From positions 84,754,001-84,818,000 of the forward strand of contig NC_135893.1 in assembly GCF_964194155.1 (NCBI RefSeq): a stretch of DNA of 64,000 nt, given 5' to 3'. The notes beneath the pieces were generated by a model that worked only from the letters and a program-made list of their open reading frames with translations, was not told where the DNA came from and made no database searches. The stretch's first letter is position 1. Each line of letters opens with the position of its first letter. This document shows, piece after piece, positions 22,161 through 49,389 of the stretch. Source of the stretch: Cetorhinus maximus. Its lineage: Eukaryota. Both the position numbers and the translations under genes were made by a program.

Positions 22161-23455
22161 TAATTGAGTAAATGAGCAATAGGTTAGACTTTATCATAGT
22201 GATTGCTACAGTTTAATGGGCAATGTAACCAGTACTTGAAACAATTGTTCTTCACAAAGTAACAAGCTTTAGAACACAATAGTTGTATGTGATACTGTAA
22301 CACATATTTCATTTATACATTTCTACTAGCTCTGATTTATAAAGCCCAACTAATACAGTGGAAGAAAGTTGCCTGCTGGGAATGTGCACCACCCGGTATG
22401 GTACTGAGCCAGAAAAACACTAAGATGCTCCATGGTCAGTTAGTCACTCCCACCTGGAACCTGGACAGGTGTTGGCCTCAGTGGTTCTTATGTTACAACG
22501 GTGACAACACTACAAAAATATTTAATTGGCTGGAAAGCACGTTTGGGCCTCTTGACGTCATGAGACATGCTATGTAAATACAAATCCTCCTTTTTCCCTA
22601 ACAGGAAAAATCTAAAAGATGCAGTACTTTACTGTGAAACTAAATCCCTTCAATTACCTACATTTTCAGTATATAGTGTGCTTTGGCCTTCACTATTAAC
22701 ATGTAACATTCTTTTAACATGAAATAGGTAAACAAGTTTGCACACCATTGAGAAGAGTTGCAGCCGAAGCAATCTCCAGCATTTAATCCGGGACCACCAT
22801 CATTCCCTGGAAATGACAGAATCAGCCAGTATGATATGGAGCAGAAAATACAGCAAAGCCTCCATTATCTATTGTACTGGGGGAGGATAAATAGAAATTA
22901 GAGGATTGTTAAAAGTATCCAAATTTTTGTCTTGCATGTTTAGATTTAGCAAATGGGAATGGAGATGTGTTCAATACACACAATTAGAAAGTTTTGGTGT
23001 CTTACACACGGACATGTTATAGGACATTCTGGCAAATAATTTGAACATGGAACATGGAGGTTCCAATGTACAAGAAATTTCTTCAGAATCGATGACTCGA
23101 ATCCAAAGATGTTCATGTGCTTTATCTGGGGTTAGAAACTGTTCCTCATCCATTCATCAGGGGCTCATCTACAGCTGGGCAGAAGGGTGTTGTTGGGGAA
23201 AAACAGGGAAGGCTTTACCCTGCATCTGCCTGTATTATCCCTGACCTGGGAGTTCTTGGTGCCAACACTAACTGGCTGAAATGGGAAAAGTTCTGCCCTC
23301 CAGCACTGGCATCCCTCACCTCAACCAGCACAATGGTTCTAAGGAAGGAACTCTGCCTGAATGACAACTTGTATTGCACATGTGGCCCTTTTAAATGTTT
23401 CTTCAATTCCTGTGTTGTTTAATCCTTAAAATTTATTATAAATTGCCCTGTAACA

Positions 23456-24094
23456 GGATGGAATCACATGCCCTCCCCTGTGGCGAGTTTGGTGGGGGAG
23501 TTTAATCTAGTGGGAGGGTGTAGGTGGGAACCCTGCCACATTCCCACCTCCACCCTGATTAAGTCCATGGTGGGAAGGCCCACTTAAGGGCCTCATCCCA
23601 CTGCCGCTGGTATTAACCCAGCAATGGGGGTGGCGGGGAGAGATGGGAGGGTGTGGGGAGGGACTCACCATGCAGGCAGCAAACGCTGGTGTGTTTGTTC
23701 TGGAGGGGCGGAGGCTGTCACTCATTCAAAGGCACTCAGTACCTGATTGGGGGTCTTGCTACTGTCCACCAGCACCCCACCCCCCAGGACCCTCACCCCA
23801 TGATCCCCCTCCCACCATCACTCACGTGGCCTGGGCCTCTCCTCAATCCGAGGCCTCCCCAGTTGCACTGCTGAGTCCAGAAAAGCTGACGGCCTCTGGT
23901 TGGCAGCTCTCAGCAGGTGGGACTTCCACCCCTGGGCTCCTTGATCCTGGGGGAAGGCCCACTGCTGACCTGTTTAGTGCCTGAATTGCACAAGGTGCAG
24001 CAGGCCTTCTCAAAAAAAGGTGACACGGGGAAATCACCGGCTCTCCAGCTGGCAGCTGAGACCCACCCCCCGGCACCTCCATAAGGTTCTGCCC
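23456..24094. mobile_element. MITE-like non-autonomous DNA transposon (possibly PIF/Harbinger-like)
   Basis: GC-rich; shares cccacttaagggcctcatccca with 35496-36194; ends ttctgccc. Confidence 0.6.
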
Positions 24095-24279
24095 TTTGGA
24101 CCTTCAAATTTTATTGGAGCTTCCTTTAAACTGCTCTACACTCACTTGGATGTGTAACATTGTGCAAATATAAAAAGTTTCAAGTCACCCAGGTCCAATG
24201 ATAAGAAATTGTAAAATGGTAATTTTAAGTGGAGTGCATTGCACAGTCCTCTAATATAAATATGATGGTCACCAATAAC

Positions 24280-24545
24280 TTCAATAGGGAATTCAGGATA
24301 AACTTCTTTTTCCAGAGAATGGTGACAATATGGAACTCACTACCACAAGGAATGGTTGAGGTGAATAGTATAGATACATTTAAGGGAAAGCTAGATTAAC
24401 AGATGAGGGAGAAAGGAATACAAGATTATGCTGACAGGGCGGGATGAAGAGTGATGGGAGGAGGCTCGTGTGGAGCATATACACCAGTATGGACCAGTTG
24501 GGTGGAATGGCCTGTCCCAAATGGCTGTAGACTCGATGTAATTCT
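24280..24545 (+). mobile_element. CR1 LINE 3' fragment
   Basis: RINFFFQRMVTIWNSLP remnant plus tail. Confidence 0.65.
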
Positions 24546-25892
24546 AACTTCTGTCGCTGCAGCCATTGGTTTTTTTGATGTGACGAATCACATTCAGTTC
24601 TTCTCTCCTGAAGATGCAGAGCCTGACTTGGCCTCTAACCATAACATGTTGAACCCTAACCTCCCTCTGATCTGTGCGAGAGATGCCTTTATGGCCTCAG
24701 CCCCACCAAGGGATATCTGGAATGGAGAGGTGATGTTTGCGTGGGATACAGGATGTATAAACCTGAGCTGGTTCTCGCACAGTTGATGATGCTGCCAGTC
24801 TATCTTCATGCCTCTCCCATTCCTCTGCCATTAATAAAAGGTTTTCTGCACAGCATAGAATTTGTGAATGGAGTTGATGAATTTGTGCCCAAAAGAGGAA
24901 AACTCCATATTGCAAATTGACACAGTCTAAATGGACAAATCAAGCAGTCTCATTAAGGGACAGTAATAAATCAAAAGCAAAAATAGAAACCTGGATATTC
25001 CATTGTTGGGATGTTCCATATCCCAGGAGCAAGAAACCTCCCTCTGGGCTTCTGGCAGTCTTCTGCTGATGTTACACAGTGAAATTATGCTTCACAAGGG
25101 AATCCAGCTTCCAATTATGGAACATGATCCTAAATTAATTCCAATACCTACATCAGGAGTCCTCTCCACATTTTCCCAATTTCCACCATAACTACACCCC
25201 ATCTACAGAACCTGCTCTGTGTGCTCCTCACTGCACATGACTGGCATCCCACCTCATCAAAGCCTTTTCCAAATGCTGTCACTGGACCATATTCAGTCTC
25301 ATGCTAAGACTGTGTTAAAATAAATCTTCACTCCAGACAAGAAAGGACAGTGAAGGTACAAAACAGAGGAACTTAAGGCTTTTTATTTCTATTCAATGTA
25401 AAATCAACTGGTAATCTCATTAATAACTTGCTCTACAGATATTGTAAGGACAAGGTGTCAATTTGGCTCATTTTAGCAGCTTTTCTTTGAAATGTTTTGA
25501 CACAAGGTATATATATAAACACAGTTACAATTAGAGATGAATTTGAAAGCAGACATTTACAGGGCTGTGGGGAAAGAGGAGGGGTGTGGGACTATTGGGA
25601 TAGCTCTTTCAAACTCAATAGCCATCGCTGTTTCATTCTGTGTGGTTCTATAAGGTCATGAAACCAAACATGTAAAAACATTGGTAACAGTTGGGTTGAA
25701 GTTTAACAACTGATACTGTGTTTGTGTAAGTTAAGAGGGTTTGTTCCTAACTTGTTGCTATCAGGTTTGCTTTTTCACGAGCTGAATTAAATACATCATT
25801 AATTTCTTTCAGTTGTCCCATTATTCTGATTCAACATCATCTCATTCAGTGAAACAATCTTCAGTAGAAGGGAAACTGTATTTTTTTTTATG

Positions 25893-39796
<13,904 letters not shown>

Positions 39797-39931
39797 ACCG
39801 AGAGGGCAGCAGGACTCCTGCCCGATGGTCACGAGTTTGGAAAGCTCTTCAATTTTACCTCGGCAGTCCTAGTCTGTTCACTAGTGACTCGGAACCAGAG
39901 AGACTCAATCAAGCACAATTTGCTGAACGAC

Positions 39932-39956
39932 CTGATTAAACATTAGCTTTTTATAA
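39932..39956 (-). promoter_or_regulatory. Candidate CRYM core promoter (TATAAAA plus HNF1-like site)
   Basis: TATAAAA at 39949-39955 (-) with adjacent GCTAATGTTTAAT, about 150 bp upstream of the ATG. Confidence 0.35.
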
Positions 39957-40164
39957 TAATGCTTCAGTAATATGTCACTGATAATATGCACTGTGTATCC
40001 AATAATGTGCACTGCCAGCCAGTGAACCATTGGGACAGCCTTATTTGCATTTTTCTATAAAAACTTCACAAACTATTAATCTGAAGAAGAGTTAAAGATA
40101 TGTTGCGTTTATGCAAAGAAAATAAGTGTAAATTGTAAGAATTTGGTGATAGATGAGGGAAAAA

Positions 40165-40980
40165 AATATTCGTTCACGAAATGTGATGTCGCTGGCATAA
40201 CCAACATTTATTGCCCATTTGTCATTGCCCTTCAGATGGTGGTGGTGGTGAGCCAACTTCTTAAACTGCTGCAGTTCCTGTGGTGTAGGAACGGTCATAG
40301 TGCTGTTAGAAAGGGAGTTCCAGGATTTTAACCCAGTGACAGTGAAGGAACGGCAATAATAGTTCCAAGTCAGGCTGGTGGGTGACTTGAGGGAGAACTT
40401 GCAGCTGGTGGTACCTGCTGCCCTTGCCCTTCTAGGTGGTAGAGGTTGTGGGTTTGGAAGGTGCTGTTGAATGAGTTGCTGCAGTGCACCTTGTTGATTG
40501 TATACATTGCCAATGTTGTCAGGAATGAATGTTTAAGGTGGTGGATGGGGTGCCGATAAAGTGGGCTGCTTTGTCCTGGATGGTATTGAACTTCTTCAGT
40601 GATGTTGGAGCTGCACTCATCCAGGCAAGTGGAGAGTATTTCATCACACTCCTGACTTGTGCCTTGTCAGGAATGCAATGCTTTGGGAAGTCAGTGGATG
40701 AGTCACTCATGACAAAATTTCTAATCTCCGCCACAGTATTTATATAGCTGATCCAGTTACATTTCTGGTCAATGGTAACCCCCAGCATGTTGATGTTGAG
40801 GAATTCAATTATGTTAATGCTGTTGAATGTCAAGGATGGATGCTTGGATTCTTTATTGTTGGAAATGGTTCTTGTGTGATGTGAATGTTACTTGTTACTT
40901 ATCAGTCAAAGCTTGAATGTTATCCAGGTCTTGCTGCATGAGGCACTTATCTGAAGAATTGTGAATGGAACTGACATTAT
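40165..40980 (-). mobile_element. LINE 3' fragment (family of 1-2283)
   Basis: ORF 40519-40833 with the same C-terminal motifs. Confidence 0.82.
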
Positions 40981-40987
40981 TAGCATA

Positions 40988-42044
40988 TGTCAGTCTTGGT
41001 TTTGCTCATTACGCACAAGAGGGGGGTTAATTTAAACAGCCCTGATTTCTCCTCTCGCCACCCATCCCTAAACAGAAAGGTGTTTTGATTTCCCCCTTTA
41101 TAAGCGGAGGCATATTTCCTAATCCCTCAGTTTTGGTGTGATCCAATTTTGTATTAATAACCCCACAGCAAACTCAAGATAGGATGAATTCAAAGGGTTA
41201 GTTTTTTAGCACATTCTCAAATGCGGGAGGGAGGGTCACAATGTAGCCCCCTTTGCATTCATACAATAAAAGAAGGGTAGAGAAAAGAAAGATTTACAGG
41301 GCAAAGTCCACAGGGAAAATAATTATTGTTTCACATGGGTCCACAGTCCAGAATCAACATCCAATGAGGTATTCCTTCACATAGATCAGCAGGTTGAAAA
41401 CTGACGCTGTATAATTCACTTTTCTGATGGAGTTGACTTCACATGATGAGATAGGCATGCAAAGATGAATCAGTCTTGTAGGCAATGATACAGGAGTTCC
41501 AGTAGTAAAAGTGTAAATGGGACCAGATATTCAATCTGGACAGAGCCCCTTTTCTATGAGGCTGTTTGTAGATGGTAAATGGCAGACTAAGTTCTGCAGT
41601 TCCATAAGGCAACATTACTGGTTCCACAAGCTAGGTCCAAGCCACATGACTCTCACCTCTCCACAACGGCTTTGACAAAGGGAGTCCCTTTGTCTGGGTC
41701 CCTGAGATTGTTAAATGTTCCAACCATTAAGTCTTGAAAGGAAGGTTGAGTGTTCTTTGTCCTGGCAGGTGAATAGGCTACAGTTGACCAGTTTGGCTTA
41801 TGAAATGTAGATTGCCTTTGTGTAGTTCTCTTTGAATTTGGTCTCTGCAGCCCACAGTGGGTCATCAGTGTCTCTTCAGAGATAGCCAGGTGCAAGTTTC
41901 CGCGATAGTGCCATGGGACACAGACAGGCATAGCTTCAGCCATTTTAAAATGTCTTTGTCCAGTTTTTAAATTTTTAGAAATATCCATGAGAATATCTAT
42001 ATCTATATATAAAATGTCCAGCATGAGGCCTTAGTCCCCTCACA
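40988..42044. mobile_element. Solo-LTR-like repeat, copy 2
   Basis: Starts tgtcag, ends ctcaca; abuts or splits the head of the SINE that resumes at 42045. Confidence 0.65.
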
Positions 42045-42480
42045 ATCTCATCTCTGCATCAGAAATTTGTGGGTTCAAGTTCTACTCGTCTGACTTGAGC
42101 ATAAAATCTTGACTCATGCTGCCAATGCATACTGAGGGAGTGCTGCACTGTTGGAAATATTGTCTTTTCAATGAGACATTAAACCAAGGCCCCTTCTGCT
42201 CTCTCAGGTGGATGTAAAAGATCCCATGGCACTACCACTCAAAGAACAGCAGGTGTCCTGGCCAATATTTACTCCTTAACTAATGTTACTAAAACAGATG
42301 ATATGGTCATTATCACATTGCTGTTTATGGGAGCTTGCTGTTTGCAAATTGGCTGCTGTATTTCCTACAACAATTGAAAAAGTATTTGCTGCACTTCAAA
42401 AGTATTAATTTGCAGCAAAGTGCTTTGGATATTCTGATGTTATGGAAGGTGTTAAAGAAATGCAAGTTCCTTCTTTATAG
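42045..42480 (+). mobile_element. Deu-domain SINE
   Basis: Box B gggttcaagt; core actgagggagtgctgcactg; tail aaatgcaagttccttctt. Confidence 0.82.
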
Positions 42481-43352
42481 GCATATGTTTGCATATACAA
42501 GATGGAGACAAGAGGGAAGAATATTTCAAAGTTATTAATCTGGGTATCGAGTGGCACTATTGTTAAGGAAAGTCTAACTATATATATATATATATTTAGC
42601 ATTGCTTAAAACATCTTTCTCTCACTACAAAGGCTTAGCTTAATAACTGGGTTTGCATACAATATACAGGGAGAATAAAGCTTAATTGCATATAATTAAC
42701 ATGTGGTTTTGGAAGTCTACATTTATATTTAGGGATGTCATGTCTTTGGAAGTAATGTTAATTACAGTCATGTAATTATTTGGTACATAATACTTAGCTA
42801 TTTATCCTTCACTCATCGCATATAGTTCTTGTATGTATCTTCATGTAAATTTGACCTCATTAAATTACAAATTATTCTCCTGGGGAAATGAAATACATTG
42901 TAACAACCTGTGATTCTGCAAATTGCCAAGGAAATGTTCATAATAAAAGCATCAAAGTTATTGTTAAATATTCAATTTCTAAATTTTCATTTAAAAATGT
43001 AACTTTACTGATTAATAAACAGCATTGCATATTCACTTTATTTCAATTTTTCTGAAGGCCTGCACCCAATAAAAGAACCAATCTCTCTGTCTCTCTATTC
43101 CATTTGCCATCTGCACATTTCTGTTAAATGTTCCATTTGTAGAATTGTACTGTCTTAATGCCATGTCACATATTAATTCCTTCATTACTGTCAGGTACCA
43201 GGAGGGCAGAGGAAATGTTTCAGGGATGTCCTCAAAGCCTCCCTGAAAAAGATGCAACATTCCCACTGATTTGTGGGAATCTCTCGCTCGAGACCACCCA
43301 AACTGAGAAGAAGGTGATTGAAGGAAAGGGAAATAAAGGACCACGAGAGCAG

Positions 43353-43455
43353 AAATAAAAACAGAAAATGCTGGAAAAACTTAGCAGGATCAACAGTATC
43401 TGTGGAGAGAGAAATAGAGTTAATGTTTTGAGTCCGTATGACTCTCCTTCAGACT
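43353..43455 (-). mobile_element. Penelope-derived terminal mini-element
   Basis: 10-bp TSD a(c/t)gagagcag (43343-43352, 43456-43465). Confidence 0.8.
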
Positions 43456-43589
43456 ATGAGAGCAGGGCAGGCACATGAAATCAGGGATTCTGCTAATATG
43501 GAGGATGAACACCAACACAGGCTGTTTGGGCGGAATGTCCCATTTCTGTGCTGTAATTTTATTATTAATTTTGCATATCATTGTATATT

Positions 43590-44350
43590 ATGCAGTGAGT
43601 TGTTATGATCTGGAATATGCTGCCTGAAAGGGTAGTGGAAGCAGATTCAATAGAAACTTTCAAAGGAAAATTAGATAAATACTTTTTTTTATTATTTCAC
43701 AAAGTGGACATCACTGGCTAGGCCAGCATTTATTGCCTATCCCTAATTGCCCTTGAGAAGGTGAAGGTGAGCCACCTTCTTGAACCGCTGCAGTCCATGT
43801 GGTGTAGGTACACCCGCAGTGCTGTTAGGAAGGGTGTCCCAGGATTTTGACCCAATGACAGTGAAGAAGCAGTGATATATTTCCAAGTCAGGATGGTGTG
43901 TGATTTGGAAGATGTTCTGCTGCCCTTGTCCTTCTAGGTAGTAGAGGTTGTGGATTTGGAAGGTGCTATCGAAGGAGGCTTGGTGAGTTGCTGCAGTGCA
44001 TTTTGTAGATGGTATGCAATGCTGCCACTGTATGTTGATGGTTGATGGAGTGAATGTTTAAGTTGGTGAATGGGATGCCAATCAAGCAGGCTGCTTTGTC
44101 CTGGATGGTGTTGACCTTCATAAGAGTTGTTGGAGCTGCACTCATCCAGGCAAGTGGAGAGTATTCCATCGCACTCCTGACTTGTGTCTTGTAGATAGTG
44201 GACAGGCTTTGGGGAGTCAGGGGGTAAGTTATTCGCTGCAGAAGGGGAAAAATTGGTAGGGTTATGGGGAAAGAGCAGGGGTAGATGGAACTGATTGAAT
44301 AGCTCTTTCAAATACCTGGCACAGGAATGAATGAACTCCTTCTGTGTCCT
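43590..44350. mobile_element. LINE 3' fragment (-, about 43685-44240) nested in a CR1 3' end (+)
   Basis: MEYSPLAWMSAAP ORF flanked by CR1 tail halves. Confidence 0.75.
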
Positions 44351-44369
44351 TGGCCCCCTCCTATTTTTT

Positions 44370-45340
44370 ATTTCAAACTGCCATTCAGCAATATCATCCA
44401 AAAACACAATGCCAATTTCCACAGTGTTGACACCTAACTCCACTTCACCACCACCTCTCTTGACTCCCCCACTGTTGCTAAATTAACAGACTGCTTGTCC
44501 AACAACCAATACTGGATGAGAAGAATTTTCCTCAAAATAACCATTGACAAGATCAAAGCCATTGTCTTCAGTCCCTGCTACATATTCTGTCCCCTATCAA
44601 TTGCATCCCTCTCCCTGGCAACTGTCTGAGGCTGAACCAGACTGTTTGCAACTTTGGCATCATATTTGACCCTGAGATGAGCTTCTGATGACGCATCTGC
44701 ATTGACATCAAAACCACCTATTTCCTCCTGCATAATATCACCCAACTTTGCCTTTGTCTCAGCTCATTTGCTGCTGAAACCCTCATCCATACCTCTGTCA
44801 TCTCTAGACTTAACTATTCTAGTGCACATCTGGCCAGCCTCCCAGGTTCTACACTCTGTAAACTTGAGGTCATCTAAAACTCTCTTGCCCATACCCAAGC
44901 TCACACCAAAATTCCATTCATCCATTACCTCTATGTTTGCTGATCTACACTGGCTCCCGGTTCAGCAGCACCTTGATTTTAAAATTCTCATCCATGGTTT
45001 TGTCCCTCACTATCTCTGTAATTTTCTCCAGCCCCACAACCCTCTGAGATCTCTGCGATCCTCCAACTCTGGCTTCTTGAGCATCCCTATGACAATCACT
45101 CCATCCATCATTGCCAAATGCACCTTTGACCTTTTTGGGCCCTGAGCTCTGGAATTCCCTCCCTAAACCTCTCTACCTCTCCTCTTTCAAAACTTTCTTT
45201 AAAACCTATCTTTTTGACCAAGCTATTGGTCATTTGCCCTAATATTTCTCTGCTATAATATTGTTTGATAATGCTGGTGAGAAGCGCCTTGGGATGATTG
45301 TTAAAGATCTTAATGCTGCATAAATACAACTTGTTGTAAT
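44370..45340 (+). mobile_element. L2 LINE 3' fragment
   Basis: LHWLPVQQHLDFKIL motif typical of the L2 ORF2 C-terminus; L2-type tail. Confidence 0.8.
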
Positions 45341-45479
45341 AAAATTCTATGAGAGATAAACATAGGCCAGTTATTGGATTGGACCTTTCTTCTACCCCCC
45401 TGAGTTAAAATTCCATGATTTCATTGCCTGGTCCCTGCTTTTTGATTCCTACAATGGTGTGTGTGTGTGTGTGTGGGAA

Positions 45480-45575
45480 TGGGTGGAGCTAAACTAGCGG
45501 AAATAAGGGCTGGAGGATGATTTCCGTTTCCGACTACAGTTCTAGTGAAGGAGTGGGTAGTGCAGCCAGGTAGGT
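45480..45575 (+). promoter_or_regulatory. Candidate promoter and non-coding first exon of the KLHL-like gene
   Basis: Local CpG patch; ETS-like CGGAA/TTCCG motifs; ACTACA motif at about 45533; donor CAG|GTAGGT at about 45570. Confidence 0.45.
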
Positions 45576-46529
45576 GCGTGCAGTGATCAGGTTGGGTGAT
45601 TGACAGCTCTCGGGACTGACAGTGACTCGGTGGCAGACAGAGCGGGGTTCCCGTCTGGGGCGGCTTTCCGCTAACACTCTTATTGCAAATTAAAGGATCA
45701 ACAGCCCAGCTTGTGCCTATTATTGCAAAAATTGGAAGAAAGGTCAATTGAGCATTTGAGAGCCGTCCCATCGATCACTAAGCATAGCGAGGGGAGGATT
45801 TGGGTTGTGTTGGTGAGGGGTGTGCCCCTCTAATCGCTTCATGGTGCATGAGCTCAGGTGCTTCTTACTGTTACACTGAGTAAGTGATTCCACCATCACT
45901 TTCCTCAGTTGAATATTGCAAGTGCTGCGTTTCAGTGTGTGCCTAATTGCCTATTGCTTAAACTGGGTGTGTTAGTGACAGAGTTCGGCTGTATTCATTA
46001 GTAGTAACGCATGCATTGTAATAATAGGCGCATGTGTAGTGAGGCAATGTTATTCTGTTCTACCCTTGTGAAAGTGGCTTTGTTTTCCATTTTAAAAATT
46101 GCTTCCTTGGTTTATTTGCCAGATACTGCAGTGATGTAATATTGCTTTGAGCTGTCTCATTTGGTTAGAAAGTTATCATTGTAGTGGAAAATGGCAACAG
46201 TGTTTTCTGTTTATGTCTCTCTTTCTCCTCTCTTCTCTTCCCCCCCCTCCCCCCGCATGTTGTTGATTAAATAAATTGTAGTTGTAGAGAGAGCTCCTCT
46301 TAGGAATCCTGCTACTGTCTTAATTCAGGCTGGCGTTAGCAGCCAAGCTGTTGCAGGTTGATGTTCTGAAGCTTACGAATTAACATATGAAGTGCCAGGA
46401 GCTTTGGGTCGCCATGCATTCCTTGGGGTGTCTTGATTGACTTCAGTGCAGTTCTTATGTTGGCAGGCATCTTTCTGCTGGTAGGTGTTGTTCCAGTTTA
46501 AAAGCAGCTGTCAAATGCTCTAACAACCA

Positions 46530-46980
46530 ATAACTGCTATTTATATACTACCTTTAATGTAGTAATGTCCTGAGGTGCTTCACAGGATTGTTATAAGGTA
46601 ATGGGACTGGAAGCCAAAAGCTTGGTTAAAGAGGGAGGTTTTAAGGAGTGTCTTAAAGGAGGAAAGTTGAGAGTTAAAGTTTGGGGAGGAGGGTGGTGGG
46701 GGAATTTCAGAGCTAAGAGAAGCCTAGACCACACTATGAGCTACTGCTATAGTGATTAAAGTTAGGGATGCTTAAGTCAGAGTTGGAGAAGCACTGAGAT
46801 TTCTAAAGGTTATAGGTTTGGAAAAGGTTACAGAGGGCATGGGAAGATGTGAAAACAAAGATGAGAATTTTAAAGTCAAGGTGTTGCTTAACTAGGAGAC
46901 AGTGTGGGTCAATAAGTACAGGGGGTAATGGGTGAACAGGACTTGGTATGAATAAGCACTCGGGCTTCAGAGTTTTTCAT
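46530..46980 (-). mobile_element. L2 LINE 3' fragment
   Basis: Reverse-complement similarity to 44900-45340. Confidence 0.6.
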
Positions 46981-48893
46981 TTCCATCCCTCCTTTGAGGC
47001 CCTGTCCCTTCTCTTCTATCCAAGTGAGCTTTTAGTCTTCCTTATCTTAAACATCTGACAGCCAGTTGTTGGAGGAGAACAGAAGTTGATCTTTACTGTG
47101 TTTTAGATTCAATCATGGTGAAAGATTACAAATGTATAGCTCCTAACTCTACAAACCATCACCAGTGTCAATAAGTGTACCTTTATACTTTTGGTGAAAC
47201 AAAAATCAATAAATGAAGGGATGACAGCCCCTGGTGGGGCATTGTAACAACAATCAAAATGTCAAAGGAAACTTAATAAATTGAACCAAAATATCATTCC
47301 TGGGGGTGGTGATGCACCGCAGTGTCTCTTTATATGTGCTCAAGTATTCATCTAATGAATGTTCTCCACCTGTATATCTTTAATTATCCAATTAACACAA
47401 CACACCAGTGGTTTTTTAGTTAGTTTTCTGGGTTTGTACCCAGATCTGTAACTCAATTTAGTTTTAAGAGTATTGACCTGCAGTGGAGTTATTTGCACTA
47501 TAGCTGGGATGTATCTGTTATCTAGCTTTTCTTGTTATGATTTTATGATTTTCAGCTGTTTAGGTATGGCTAGTCCCAGGACAGGTAACGGTTGGACAGA
47601 TGACTATTTGCTTTTGTTGCTGTCCTGAAGTCTCCTGTATTTCTGTTTTGTATCCAATAAAGGGAAATATTCTGTTTGAAAGGTGTTTAAAATGTAGCAG
47701 AAGTTGAGTGAAAGCAACACTTCCTGGCCCCCAACCAGAGCTCAGCAGTTTCCAGCAATTCAAACATGAAGGGATCTGTTCTTCCCTATCGAATCTGATG
47801 TCGGCTGATTCCTGGCTAAAGGAGTCAGTCCCCTTATTAATGAGAGGGGGGCTTCATCGGCAGGGAGAGTTGAATCTGTGTCTCCGTGCTGTTACACTGG
47901 GGTATGGTTCTGTGAGTGTAGTCTTTATTCCAGAACCTTGTCTGATGGTTGTTCTTGCTGTCAGTCTGAGCAGTGACCATTGGTTCACTGTGTGAAATGG
48001 CCTAGCATTCTATTCAGTATCAGACCTCTACAAATCTACATGTATTACAGCAGTTTGAGTGCTCACCCCTCTCAGGGCAGCTGGGGATGGGCAATAAAGG
48101 CAGGATTTGCCAACAATGACCATATTGCCAGAATGAAATAGGTAAAACTAAAACAAGGAGGGTGTGTATTACAGCCCATTAGATAATTGAGACATCATGG
48201 AGTCAACCTTGGGGCAACTACAGATGATAGGCTTGACACCTGCTTTTCATGCCACTGTGCCCATAACTAAAGATAATTCTGTTTATGCTCCAACTAGAGA
48301 AGTAATCCACCTCTATAAATGTTAGCTGTGGCTCAGTGAGAAGCTCTCTGGCTTGAGTCAGGAGGTCGTGGGTTAAAGCCTTTTTCCACAGATTGGTGCA
48401 AGGTCTACCCATAACTTACTATCTTTGTGCATAGTTTGGTCAGTAGAAGCTAATAATGCAGGAGGATCATCTTCCCACAAAATGGCTGCTCTCTGGTCAC
48501 CTCTAATCTGTTGTTCGAAAGCAGTAGCTCACAGTGTGGTCTGTGAGGGTGCTCCAGGTGATCCAGGGCTGGTCTAAAATACAAGTTGCTGATGCTCAAG
48601 GCCATGGCTGAGGTAATGAGAGAACAGGCTAGAACTCTCCTTCCTGCCACTCCGTGTGATGTGGTACAACCAGACTGGTTCCTGCATGTGTGGCAGGCAT
48701 GGTCATTAGAATGAGCGACAATAAACTGTATTTATAAAACGACATTAATTGTTAACATGTACAACTGCAAGATCTGATTTTCAACACTTGGGTTTGAAAA
48801 CCAAGAGGAGAAACCAGCTGAATGTGGAAACAGATCAGACTGAAGCTCTCTAGCTTGGAATTAGACATCATCTTGTTGGTGTTTCGTCAAAAG

Positions 48894-49029
48894 CAGTGTC
48901 ATTCTACCTATTAGTTGTGGTTTTTTTGCAGTTGGAAGCAAAAATGGGATGAGTAGGACTGGCAGGTGGTCCACAGGGTCTCTTGCTCCACCTAAGTGGT
49001 CCATAGATGAAAACATTTGAGAACCACTG
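48894..49029. mobile_element. Small hAT-like MITE
   Basis: CAGTG...CACTG termini; degenerate 8-bp flanks gtcaaaag / ttctaaag. Confidence 0.5.
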
Positions 49030-49389
49030 TTCTAAAGCAACAAATGGGAGTTAATAGGAGAGACTGAGATGTTTCAACCTCTGCCCTTTGATCAGCTTAG
49101 AGACATCTTAATGATGCTGGCACATTGCTCCTGACCAATGATTTGGGTATCTTAAGTTGGGGAGTTTTTGTCCAAGCCTTCCAGCCTAATTGGATTTGGT
49201 GCTATTGTGTTAAGAAGGTGTACATCATCCTTTCTGAGCCCCATGCAATGACTACAATATTATTTTCCTTAATACATGGTGACCTGTAGAAAATAGTGCC
49301 ACTCCGGCAAAGGTTAAATGCCCAGAAAGTTCTTAGTTTGACAATGACTAAAATGAGATGTGCCTGCTCAGCTAGAATTGGTGCCAGAT

